Assembly: GCA_951406725.2 (NCBI GenBank)
Contig: OX597815.1
Location: forward strand, 116,622,001-116,686,000
Reading direction: 5' to 3'
DNA: 64,000 nt
Origin: Octopus vulgaris
Lineage: Eukaryota
The position numbers and the translations under genes are program-made. Position 1 is the stretch's first letter, and each line of letters starts with the position of its first letter. Shown here one piece after another: positions 54,025-64,000 of the stretch. Below the pieces are notes generated by a model that ran no database searches, was not told where the DNA came from, and saw nothing but the letters and a program-made list of their open reading frames with translations.

Positions 54025-54044
54025 CAGACAGACAGACAGATATA

Positions 54045-54888
54045 CTGGGTGCGGTGAATAAACTATCATCTAAATTACACAAAAATGTAAACAATGCTGA
54101 CTTCTCATTTTAACAGATATATTTACCAAAATTACATAAAAATATCTTGAAATACTAAAGAGTAAATGTATTCAATAAAATTGCCTTTGACTTCAACCAC
54201 AACCTCCAGATGACTTCAGAATCTCATGCAACTCTTCTGGATGGTCTCCTTGTTTAAGTTGGTGAATGCTGCCATAATCTTTGCTTTCATTTCATCTTTG
54301 GTGTTACAAAGAGTTTTGTTGGTCTCTTTCTCAACTGTGCCTCACACATGATAATTAAGGGGGTTGCATTTTGGGGAGTTAGGTGGCCAGATGTTAAGAG
54401 TGATGTGATCACAGAAATTGTCTGACAGACATGACTGAGTTCTCTTGCTTGTGTGATATGGTATAGAGTCCTGTTGCCACCCTCTTGACCCACCAGTCAC
54501 CCTCTTGACCCAAGGCAGCACTACCTCCTCCAGGCACTTAATGTAGGCCTCCATGTTGAGTCTGAGGCTGTGTGGGAAGATGAATGGAGGAATAATGTCA
54601 TCATCACTTGTGATCACTTCAAACACCATGATGTTAACTGAATGTTTGATCTTTATCACTCTAAACACTCTAAAATGCTTGTATTGGAGCTTTCGGTGTG
54701 AATATCAAGCATTATAGCATGTTGCTTCCAAATTTCTGGCAGAGTGAATTATGTCATGGTGCTGATTTTCTCACAGACAGTGTCCAACTGACCATACTAT
54801 ACTGTCTAGTTGACAAAATCAAAAGCAAACAAGGCGCAATTGTGAAATCAAAAATGTAAAATAGTGACAATTTACCCATCGCACCCTG
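54045..54888 (-). mobile_element. Internally deleted DD37D (maT-type) transposon
   Basis: TIRs CTGGGTGCGGTGAATAAA / CAGGGTGCGATGGGTAAA with TA flanks. ORF 54342-54668 reads IMVFEVITSDDDIIPPFIFP...WQQDSIPYH...WPPNSPKCNPLNY. Confidence 0.82.
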
Positions 54889-54949
54889 TATATATATGAG
54901 AAGACCTGGCATATGAGTGAGAAAACCTGGCAAGTAAAGTGAGACCACA

Positions 54950-55434
54950 GCCGTAGCCTATACCAGTGTCGCATAACCAGCCCATTTAAAAAGTACCTTT
55001 GAATCATTGGGCAATACACTGTGCTTTAGAAGACCTATTGAGTTAAGTAAAATCAAAATCAAAATCAAAATCAAAATGGAAACTGTAGTTGTGGCCAATG
55101 CCAGTGCCGCCTGATAGGCATCTATGCTGGTCGCATGTATTAAGCACCATTCAAGCATGAGTCAATGCCAGTGCTGCCTGACTGGCTCCCCGTGCTGGTG
55201 GCACGTAAAATGCACCATCCAAATGTGTCAATGCCAGTGCTACCTGAATGGCTCCCATGCCAGTGGCACATAAAAAGCACCCATTACACTCTTGGAGTGG
55301 TTGGCATTAAGAAGGGCATCCAGCTGTAGAAACCTTGCCAGATCAGATTGGAGCCTGGTGCAGCCCCCTGGCTTGCCAGTCCCCAGTCAAACACTCCAAC
55401 CCATGCCAGCATGGAAAACAGATGACAAACGATG

Positions 55435-55491
<57 letters not shown>

Positions 55492-55495
55492 ATGA
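54950..55495 (+). mobile_element. Longer RTE-type 3' UTR copy with internal ~65-bp tandem repeats and (GAT)n tail
   Basis: CAATGCCAGTGC(C/T)(G/A)CCTGA repeats at about 55096, 55163 and 55229, then the shared 3' end and (GAT)n. Confidence 0.65.
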
Positions 55496-55539
55496 TGAAT
55501 GTATGTATGTATTATGCACATATAAATACAAGCACACAT

Positions 55540-55928
55540 TCTCCTTTCTGGTTTTGAGAAGCCTGATCTCTCAAGATTGGTATGTAGGCAGTGTGCTTAC
55601 AGGTATAAACTTGAACTTGTAATCTGGATAGAATAACTGTAGATTTCTCAATAGTTCAGGTTAGGTATTCTCTTTTTCACTGATCTTCAGCTTTATGTTA
55701 ACATCTACTGTGCAGCTAATTTCCACAACTGTGCACAGTTTCTCTTCTCTATCCCAAATCATTATATCAGGTCTGTTGTGCTAACATTTTATTGAGGTCT
55801 TCACTGGAACATTCCACCAATATTCCTTTTTATTATGAGTGGCTATGGCTTCTACCATATTATAGGTTTTTATTTCTTTGTCCTTGGGATTATCCTTCCA
55901 ATGGATTTCATTATAGAGTGTCCTAGTT
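55540..55928 (-). mobile_element. RLE non-LTR retrotransposon fragment including the PD-(D/E)xK endonuclease motif
   Basis: EYWWNVPVKTSIKC*HNRPDIMIWDREEKLCTVVEISC...[24 protein letters not shown]. Flanked by (ATGT)n on both sides. Confidence 0.78.
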
Positions 55929-56341
55929 ATGTATGTATGTATGTATGTATGTATGTATGTATTTATGTATGTATGTATGTATGTATGCATGCATGCATGC
56001 ATGCATGTATGTATGTATGCATGCATGTATGTATGTATGTATGTATGTATGTATGATTGTATGTATCTATGGATGTATTTATGTATGTATGTATCTATGT
56101 ATGTATGCATGTATATGTATGTTTGTATGTATGTACCCAGCTAAATCCGTATTTTTCTTTATTTCTCTGTTTATTTTCTCATATTCCTTTCTGTTGAAGA
56201 ACGTAAGCTTGAAACATAAAAGATTTTTCCCATTTCCCGAGTGTCAAACTAATACACCTGTTTGTTATTCATACACCTGTCTTCGTTTTCTGTTTTTCTA
56301 TAAATTTCATCTATATATATATATATATACATGTATGTATG

Positions 56342-56375
<34 letters not shown>

Positions 56376-57959
56376 TGTATGTATGTATGTATATATGTAT
56401 GTATGTACATATGTGTGTGTGTATGTGGATATATATATTTATGTACTTATACATATGTGTGTGCATGCATATATGGGGAGCAGCCTTCTTTTTATAAATG
56501 GGCTGTATTGAAAGCATAACTATGTTCTAGTTTTTAAGTATTTTATTTCTATTTTTATTAATTTTTTAAAATTTTATTTATTTATTTATTTATTTGTTTA
56601 TTTTGGAGCTCCTTGCACTTTGGAACAATATAGATGCTAAATCCAAAAGAAGCATGTCTATGTTTTTGTAGTCTGTAACTGAGTTTTTTTTTTTATTGTG
56701 GGCTATAGTGATTTCTGTAGACTTCAGTACCTGAACTGTCTTGGCATAATTGTGGAAATTTGAAATTAGATTTATACATCATTAGTCACTTGTTTATTTT
56801 CTTTATGACGTGTTTACCTATATTTTTATTTTAGCATTGTTCTATGTTTTGGATAATACTTCCATCATTAATTGTCTATTTTTGTTGGAGAATTCTATAT
56901 AGTATGAATGTGTTGTTTGCTAATGTTTTTCTCTCTAGTTTTCTTTTATGCTTTAGTGTGCTGCTATCACTCTTTGTTATAAATGCATGGGGAGCCTATG
57001 AGAGAGTGTTGTACTTGTATGGTAATGTAACAGTAGGAATCATAAGGAATATCACATTAACTGTCTTCCCAATAGCTTCTTTGAAACTTACAAGTAAAAT
57101 TCTTAAAACTTTCAAACATATAAGTAAATCTAAGAACTTCTTCAAAATATTCCCTTTCATAATTTTCCAGCTCACTGACTTCAATTCATGTGTCTCCAAG
57201 ATTCTCTTTGGTAAATTCACTGCAAAAGAATTAGTAGTGTATCAGCAACAGCTAAATTAGAGATAAAATTTTCTTATCACTGTTTAAGTGATGCTTACCC
57301 TACTTCAAAAATTTACTATGAGCATATGCAAACGACAGCTTTCAAAGCTTTCAGAGCTTTTGTAAATATGGAGACAAACTATTTTCCCTCTACTCTGTTG
57401 TAGATATTAGATAGTTCAAAGAAAGCATTACCCACATCCCAAACAGTTTAACTTAGATTCTTCTTATCATGTAACTTCAAAATAATGTTAAAACTTTGAA
57501 ACTAATGTCAAGATTCACTTTGTACCATACTTAATAACGGACCTAAAATTGTATTATTTTTGCTATTAACATTGTTTGCAAATGTTTTCAAATTTTGTCA
57601 CATGACCAGCAGTTTCAAGAGGAGGGGATTAGTCACTGCCATTGACCCCAGTACTTGACTGGTACTCTATTTTATTGACCTTGGAAAGATGAAAAGTAAA
57701 GTTGATAGCATTTGAATTTGAACTCAGAACATAATGAAAAATGTTGCTAAGCATTTTGTCTGGTACCCCAACAATTCTGCTAGCTCACCACACTACGTGT
57801 GGTTGTGCAGTAAGAAGCTAGCTTTCTAACCACTTGGTTCTGGTTTCAATACCACTGCATAACACCTTGAACAAATATCTTCTGCTATAGCCCTGGGTTG
57901 GCCATTTGAGGGGATTGGATAGATGTAAACAAAAAAAGCCCGTCATATATATATATGTA

Positions 57960-58004
<45 letters not shown>

Positions 58005-58342
58005 ATACATATATTCAAATATATATATAGACATGTGTTTGTGTGTGTGTGTGCATGTATGTATTTATATATCATGTGTATGTGCATGTGTGGCTATGTG
58101 TTTGTCATGCATCACCACCAGTGTTGGTTTGTTTACGTTCCTGTAACTTAGCAGCTCAGCAAAAGAGACCAATAAAATAAGTATCAGACTTAAATAAATA
58201 AATACTGGGGATGAATTTAATCAAGGCAGTGCTCCAGCATGGCTGCTGTCCAGTGACTAATATAAGTAAAAGGTAAAAGATGAAAACACCTTTATATTAA
58301 TTATGATATTAATATTGACAATACTTTTGTGTTTCATTGTAG

Positions 58343-58465
58343 GTGGTCTTTGTAATGACAGGAGACTGTGGGGATGTCACCCATCGGGGCTACAGAGTAT
58401 ATGAAGAAATTGCCTCAACTAGTTCCGGACAAGTATTTTTGCTGAAAAAGTCCCAAGTGAACCAG
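58343..58465 (+). CDS. HMCN1: Internal coding exon of hemicentin (HMCN1/him-4 family), VWA domain: [41 protein letters not shown]
   Basis: Canonical acceptor (ttttgtgtttcattgtag|GTG) and donor (CAG|gtatgt). 123 nt, 41 codons, phase 0/0, no stop. The peptide matches the hemicentin VWA segment as I recall it (VVFVLTGDC..[22 protein letters not shown].K.QVN). It is too short to appear in the supplied ORF track. Confidence 0.93.
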
Positions 58466-58596
58466 GTATGTAAACGAATTTTAATTTTGATTCAAAATAT
58501 TTCATGTTAGGAGTGCTGCACACCTAACACACATACTCTTTCTCAATTTCTTTTTTATGTCTTCTCTCTGTCACTTTCTTCCTATTTATTTGTCTG

Positions 58597-58644
<48 letters not shown>

Positions 58645-58819
58645 TCTCTCTTTCTCTCTCCATCTCTCCATCCCCCCCATCCTCTGTACAGAAAAAGACA
58701 ACCTAGCCTTTTCTCTGGTTATCAGGATTCTTCTGACTGAGCACCCTGGGAAAAAACTTTGCACAAATTTTGCGCATGTTCAGATGTTCGTGAATACCTC
58801 TGTCTACAGTTGCCACACC

Positions 58820-59168
58820 CAGCACTGGATTAACCATTAAGCAAAATAAGCATTGCTTAGGGCATCAAGGGACAGGGGCACCACAGAAATGAAAATGGTT
58901 TACAGCACAAAAGAAACTACTTTAAACTTGCTAAAATAATATTCGTAATGCCTTATCTCGACTAAGTAGAGAAGCAGAAGTTTTACATAAAGTTTTAACA
59001 ATATAGGTGTAGGAGTGGCTGTGTGGTAAGTAGCTTGCTTACGAATCACATGGTTCCTGGTTCAGTCCCACTGCATGGCACCTTGGACAAGTGTCTTCTA
59101 CTATAGCCTCAGGCCGACCAAAGCCTTGTGAGTGGATTTGGTAGACGGAAACTGAAAGAAGCCTGTTG

Positions 59169-59205
<37 letters not shown>

Positions 59206-59682
59206 ATGTTTGTGTGTCTGTGTTTGTCCACCCAACTTTGCTTGACAACCGATGTTGGTGTGTTTACGACTTGTATCTTAGTGGTTTGACAAAAGAGTCT
59301 GATAAAATAAGTACTAAGCTTACAAAGAATAAGTCCTGGGGTCAATTTGCTCGACTAAAGGCAGTGCTCCAGCATGGCCGCAGTCAAATGACTGAAACAA
59401 GTAAAAGAGTAAAAGAGTAATATCATCAAAGACTTTGCAATTAAATTAAAAAACGAAGGAGAAAACTTTTCAAATATAAATAAAGTGGAAGTACACAAAA
59501 GTAAACATTTTCCATCTTACTATTAGTTTTGTTTCATTTTGTAAAATAAAATGTTATTTTATGGTTTATTACTGTTTACATTTAAAATTATTTTTGTTTA
59601 CATTTTGAACTATTTAGATGTACTTGAGGGCACCAAAACCTTTCAAGTGTTTAGGGCTTCTATGGGTCTTAATCCAACCCTG
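58820..59682. mobile_element. hAT-like MITE (GGATTAACCATTAAGC...TTAATCCAACCCTG) interrupted by a SINE; second copy at about 61708-62106
   Basis: The two copies are colinear and similar, with termini of the CAGGGCCGGATTAA type. Confidence 0.6.
59003..59418 (+). mobile_element. SINE family A copy inserted in a hAT-like MITE
   Basis: Same head, core and tail as 22663-23085. Confidence 0.85.
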
Positions 59683-61103
59683 GCCACACCAACTCCAAAT
59701 TCTATGGTTATTGTCATCATCATCATTGAAACAACAGAACTCATTGAGAGCAATCTTCTATAGCTGGATGCTCCTCCTGTTGCTAACCCTTACCTGTTTC
59801 CAAGTAAGGTAATATTTCCCCACGGCTAGACATATCTTCACTGAACATTGGAAATGAAGGACACTGCTTATATGATAGTGATACTCATTTACAACTGTTG
59901 CTTGATGTCAAGACAAGAAGACACAAACACACCCATACACACACACACACATGTACACACAGTTATGTGTGCCTGCACATATTTACACACGCACATACAT
60001 GACACGATTCTTTCTGTTTCTATCTATTAAATCTACTCACAAAGTTTTCATTGACTCGGGGTAATGGCAGAAGGTGCTATGCCCAAGGTGCTGCACAGTG
60101 GGACTGAACCTAAAACCATGTGGTTGAGAAGCAACCTTCTGAGCTACACAGCTACACCTGCACCAACAAAATGAGGAGAAAAATATACTGAAGCTTCTTT
60201 GTAATAGTTTGCAAGATTCTCAAAGAAGCTGTTTGACATGACTTACTTTGCTATTTGTAGATCACTGATTTTTTCTTTATCACATTTCATTGATAGTTAT
60301 CTCTCTGAAGTATGAAACAAAACAGTTTTTTCATCTAATCTGTAAAGGAATTATCTTGATTTTGCTAGTGTAGTCAACTTGCTGTGCATTCTCCTTTCTT
60401 TTTCTCACTCTCTTGTTCTCTCATGTGCATGTACATGTATGCATGCATGCACATGCACACGCCAAATCTATCTAATTTATCTATCTAATCTATCTATCTG
60501 TCTGTCTGTCTGTCTATTTACCTGTCTGTCTGTCTCAGACATACACCTACACACTCCCTCTTTCTTTGTCTCTATCTGTCTGCCTGTCTCTGTCTGTCTG
60601 CCTCTGTCTCTGTGTGTCTCTCCCTCTATCTCTCTCAAACACTCTCATACATTATACACATGTGAACACAGACAAACAAAGCTTGCTGGCAACTGCTTGA
60701 AGAAAACTATCTAAAAATGGAGAAAGTTACCTAACCACAAACAAAAAAAGAAAAGAAACAGAAAGAAAGAAATGTCTAGGTTTTAGCTATGTTAGCTTCT
60801 TTGACTACTTAAAAAAAAACTGTATTACAAAACAAGAAACTGAGCATTTTGAAAAACAATTTAAATTGTGCTCTGCATATTAGTATTTCAAAGGTTAGTG
60901 ACACTAAGCTAGATATAGTCTTCAAGGTTATTTCAAACTCATACAAACACAAAGAATCCCAATACTAGAAACAAGGCTAACTTTAGCAGGAACAAAATAT
61001 AGTCAATAGAATTAGATCAGGTACATTACTGGTACTTAGCTATTATTATTGGCCTTTTGTCATAGAAAGCAATATTACTACTAGGTTTATCAACTGTATA
61101 GAT

Positions 61104-61703
61104 TAGTGGTTCTCAACTGAGGTCCATATGGCCATTGAATCCATATAAGATTTTGTTGCTAAAATTCATCTGCAATAAATTGGTTATACTTCTACAATAC
61201 ACAAAATGTTAAAATTTTTTTTTTTATAATATTAGCAGTATCGCTCGGGTTTGTTTCAACCCTTTAGAATTGGAATTTTTGAAAAGTAAAAGTTTTGCAT
61301 TTTGTAGCTTGTTATTCTCTTTAAGTGAACATTTTTCTGGTTGAAATACACCGAAAAATGGTGACACAGTAGTAAAAAAATCGTAAAAAATAGGGATTTT
61401 CATAGAAAAAAACACCTTTTTGATGTAAATAATTTTTGGTGTTAACATGGTCTAATTTGAATTTTTTCTTCCACGGAATGAAGAGCAAGCCTTCTTCTAT
61501 CATACTCTCAATTTTGGTCAACTTGCACCGCAGGGTCTCGGAGGAGATTGTGTTAGTTGAAGGCTACCAAACCTGCCATACACAGACAGCTTTATATATA
61601 GAGAGATTTGATTATATAAAACTGGATTTTTTAAACATGAAGTGGTTAGGAGTAAAATAGGAATCAAAGAGGTCCATCAGCAAAAAATGGTTGAGGAACA
61701 CTG
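61104..61703. mobile_element. hAT MITE ((C/T)AGTGGTTCTCAAC...GTTGAGGAACACTG) with a nested Helitron-like insert
   Basis: TIRs and TSD GTATAGAT/GGATAGAT. A partial copy of the same end lies at about 30170-30249. Confidence 0.65.
61229..61607 (+). mobile_element. Non-autonomous Helitron/Helentron-like (Lep1/HINE-type) element
   Basis: Starts ATATTAGCAGTATCGCTCGGG and ends ACAGACAGCTTTATATATAGAGAGAT, the terminal pattern of such elements. It interrupts the hAT MITE. Confidence 0.5.
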
Positions 61704-62299
61704 GGATAGATTAACCATTAAGCAAAATAAGCTCATTCTTAGGGCATTAAGGGAAGAACGGCACCACAGAAATGGTAAATGGTTTACAGTACAAAAGAAA
61801 TCAACTTGTTAACATAATATTCGAAGGGGTTTAAATGATCACAAATATAATTTTGTGGAATTTATGGTGTCATAGTGAGGATCTGATCAAAGACTTTGAA
61901 AATAAAAAAAGTAGGAACAAACTTTTCAAATATAAGTAAAGTAAGCAAAATAAACATTATTTTCCATCTTACTGTTAGTTTTGTTTTATTTTGAAAAATA
62001 AAATTTATTTTTGGTTTATTATTGCTTACATTTTGAATTACATTAATATGGGAGCACCAAAGTCTTTTAAGTTCTTAGGGCCTCTATGAGTCTTAATCTG
62101 GCCCTGGGTAGATGATATGTACTCAGAACAGAGGGCGTGGTTCTATGGTTAAGAAGCTTACTTCTTCACAAGCATGTCATATTGGCTTTGCTGCCACTGC
62201 TTGGTACTCTGAGCAAATGTCTCGACTATAGCATTGAGCTGATTAATGCTTTGTGGGTGGTATTAGTAGACAGAAGTGGCACATAATCCCAGGATATAT

Positions 62300-62526
62300 C
62301 TTTCATCTTTTACTTGTTTCAGTCATTAGACTGCAACCATACTAGGGCACCACCTTGAAGAATTTTTAGTCAAATGCATCGATCCCAATATTTATTTTTT
62401 TAAAACCTGGTACTTATTCTATCAGTTTCTTCTGCTAATCTGCTAAGTTACTGGGAAATAGGAACACCAGCGCTGGTTGTCAAGCAGTGGTGAGAGTACA
62501 AGCACAGACACAAAGACACACACACG

Positions 62527-62584
<58 letters not shown>

Positions 62585-62757
62585 CATATATACAATGGGC
62601 TTCTTTTAATTTTTGTCTGTCAAATCCACTCATAAGGCTTTGCTCTGCCCGAGGCTATAGTTGAAGAGACTTGCCCAAATTGCCATATAGTGGGACTAAA
62701 CTCTGAACCATGTGGTTAGGAAGCAAGCTTCTTACCACACAGCCATGTCTGCACCTA
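62300..62757 (-). mobile_element. SINE family A copy (minus strand)
   Basis: Reverse complement of the family consensus. Further - copies at about 2918-3375, 6805-7530, 10085-10470 and 33720-34145. Confidence 0.8.
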
Positions 62758-63379
62758 TATATATATATCATCATCATCATCATTTAAATGTTCATGTTCT
62801 ATACTAGCATGGGTTGGATGGTTTGATCTAAGGACTCATTATGTTCCATTGTCTCTTTTGTCATGGTACTACAGCTTGATGCCTTTCCTAATGTCAACCA
62901 CTATTTAGTTTGTAGCAGGTGCTTTTTCTCCATGTCAGCAACACTAGGAAGTTGCATGCAACTTGAAAGACTATGAAACCCAAGTGAGCTGGCTTTATGC
63001 TAGGAGATGATGAGTATGCAAGAAGGGGCTAGAGCAGGACATATTTCCAGCCGAAGAGGAGCTACATGACAATGCTCACATTTAGAGGATATGAGGAAAG
63101 TAATTGTGTGGAGCTGGAAAGAGATAAAAATAGCAGTGATGAGGTGTTTGAGAGGACTTAAAGTAAGACTAGAGTTTTAGTAAGTCAGAATAAAGATAAG
63201 GCTCAGCTACCATTAGGGAAATTTTGTGTTCAATATGCAAAAGAGCAGACAGAAACTCTATTCAGAGCAAACTATAGAAGCACATAAGGTGTAGTGGGAT
63301 CATAGGGAGGCTGACAGAGAAGGTAGACTTCACATGCTGCTGATGGTTAAGAGCACTAGAGATTACAAATATATGCAAA

Positions 63380-63775
63380 ATAAACTGTTGCAAAGACTTG
63401 GAAAGTTGGTGACAACTTTTGTTACCTAAGTGATCTAATTAACAGTGGAGGTGGATGCAGTGAAGTCATAGTAGCCAGTATAAGAATGGAGTGGAAAAAA
63501 TTCAAGAAGCTATTATCTTTGATGGTAAGAAAGGATTTCTGTCTCAAAGTACAAGGTATGCAGTACAATGCATGTATATGAACAGTGATGTTGCAGGTAG
63601 TGAGGTGTGAACCTTGAATCTAAAAGATCAACAATAACTAGAAAGAAATTATCAAATATGCTTCACTAGATGTGTAATGTAAGCGTGCACAAATGCTAGA
63701 GCACAAAGGAATTGCAAGAAAAGTTGAAGATAAAAGAACTTGTAAGTAAATGGGCAGCAAAGAAGAATGTTCATC
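63380..63775 (+). mobile_element. RTE-clade LINE RT thumb fragment
   Basis: VGDNFCYLSDLINSGGGCSEVIVASIRMEWKKFKKLLSL, a decayed version of the F.YLG...GG....V.ARIR.GWKKF.EL motif. Confidence 0.7.
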
Positions 63776-64000
63776 ATCTGTTTTACTTTTTTCATGCTTT
63801 CATAGGTTGTATAGATATAGTATGTATTGGCACATGTATGACCTAACTGATCTTGTGTTGTTGGTTCATGAAACATTTTTATGAAGATGGTGTATTAACC
63901 CAATATTCAAAATATAACCTTTATTAATAGGAGACTGCAAGCAGCTGAGCACTCCACAGACACATGTGCCCCTAACTTAGTTCTCAAAGCGATTCCTCCT

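Noticed and set aside
55781-56519. Longest ORF (192 aa) and the many MYVC/HTYI/YLSI-repeat ORFs across the window
   Set aside because: Stop-free frames of (TACA)n, (GATA)n, (CA)n and (TA)n repeats.
56844-57260. 138-aa hydrophobic ORF resembling a membrane protein
   Set aside because: The hydrophobicity reflects T-rich composition and no domain is recognisable; probably decayed repeat.

Overview
AT-rich, microsatellite-saturated animal genomic DNA. The SINE and LINE families and the (TACA)n/(GATA)n/(GAT)n load are what I recognise from octopus (coleoid cephalopod) genomes; this assignment is by recognition, not by database search. Only one host coding exon is evident: a 123-bp phase-0 exon at 58343-58465 (+) encoding part of the hemicentin (HMCN1/him-4) von Willebrand A domain. 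The rest is therefore probably very large intron. It is filled with two SINE families, RTE and restriction-like-endonuclease (RLE; R4/Dong- and HERO-like) LINE fragments, four decayed Tc1/mariner elements (two DD37D, one DD37E/TRT-like, one mariner), hAT/pogo MITEs and Penelope-like fragments carrying type I hammerhead ribozyme motifs. The most unusual object is a 1027-bp element (36935-37961) with 40-bp TGT...ACA inverted termini and a 4-bp target-site duplication (TSD), inserted inside the terminal inverted repeat (TIR) of the DD37E transposon. It has no transposase, but it carries what looks like a complete antisense mini-gene: inverted CCAAT boxes, an octamer-like site, a TATA box, an intact orphan ORF and a poly(A) signal. 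Several long fold-back structures are candidate dsRNA/ADAR substrates. Almost all ORFs in the supplied track are microsatellite artefacts.
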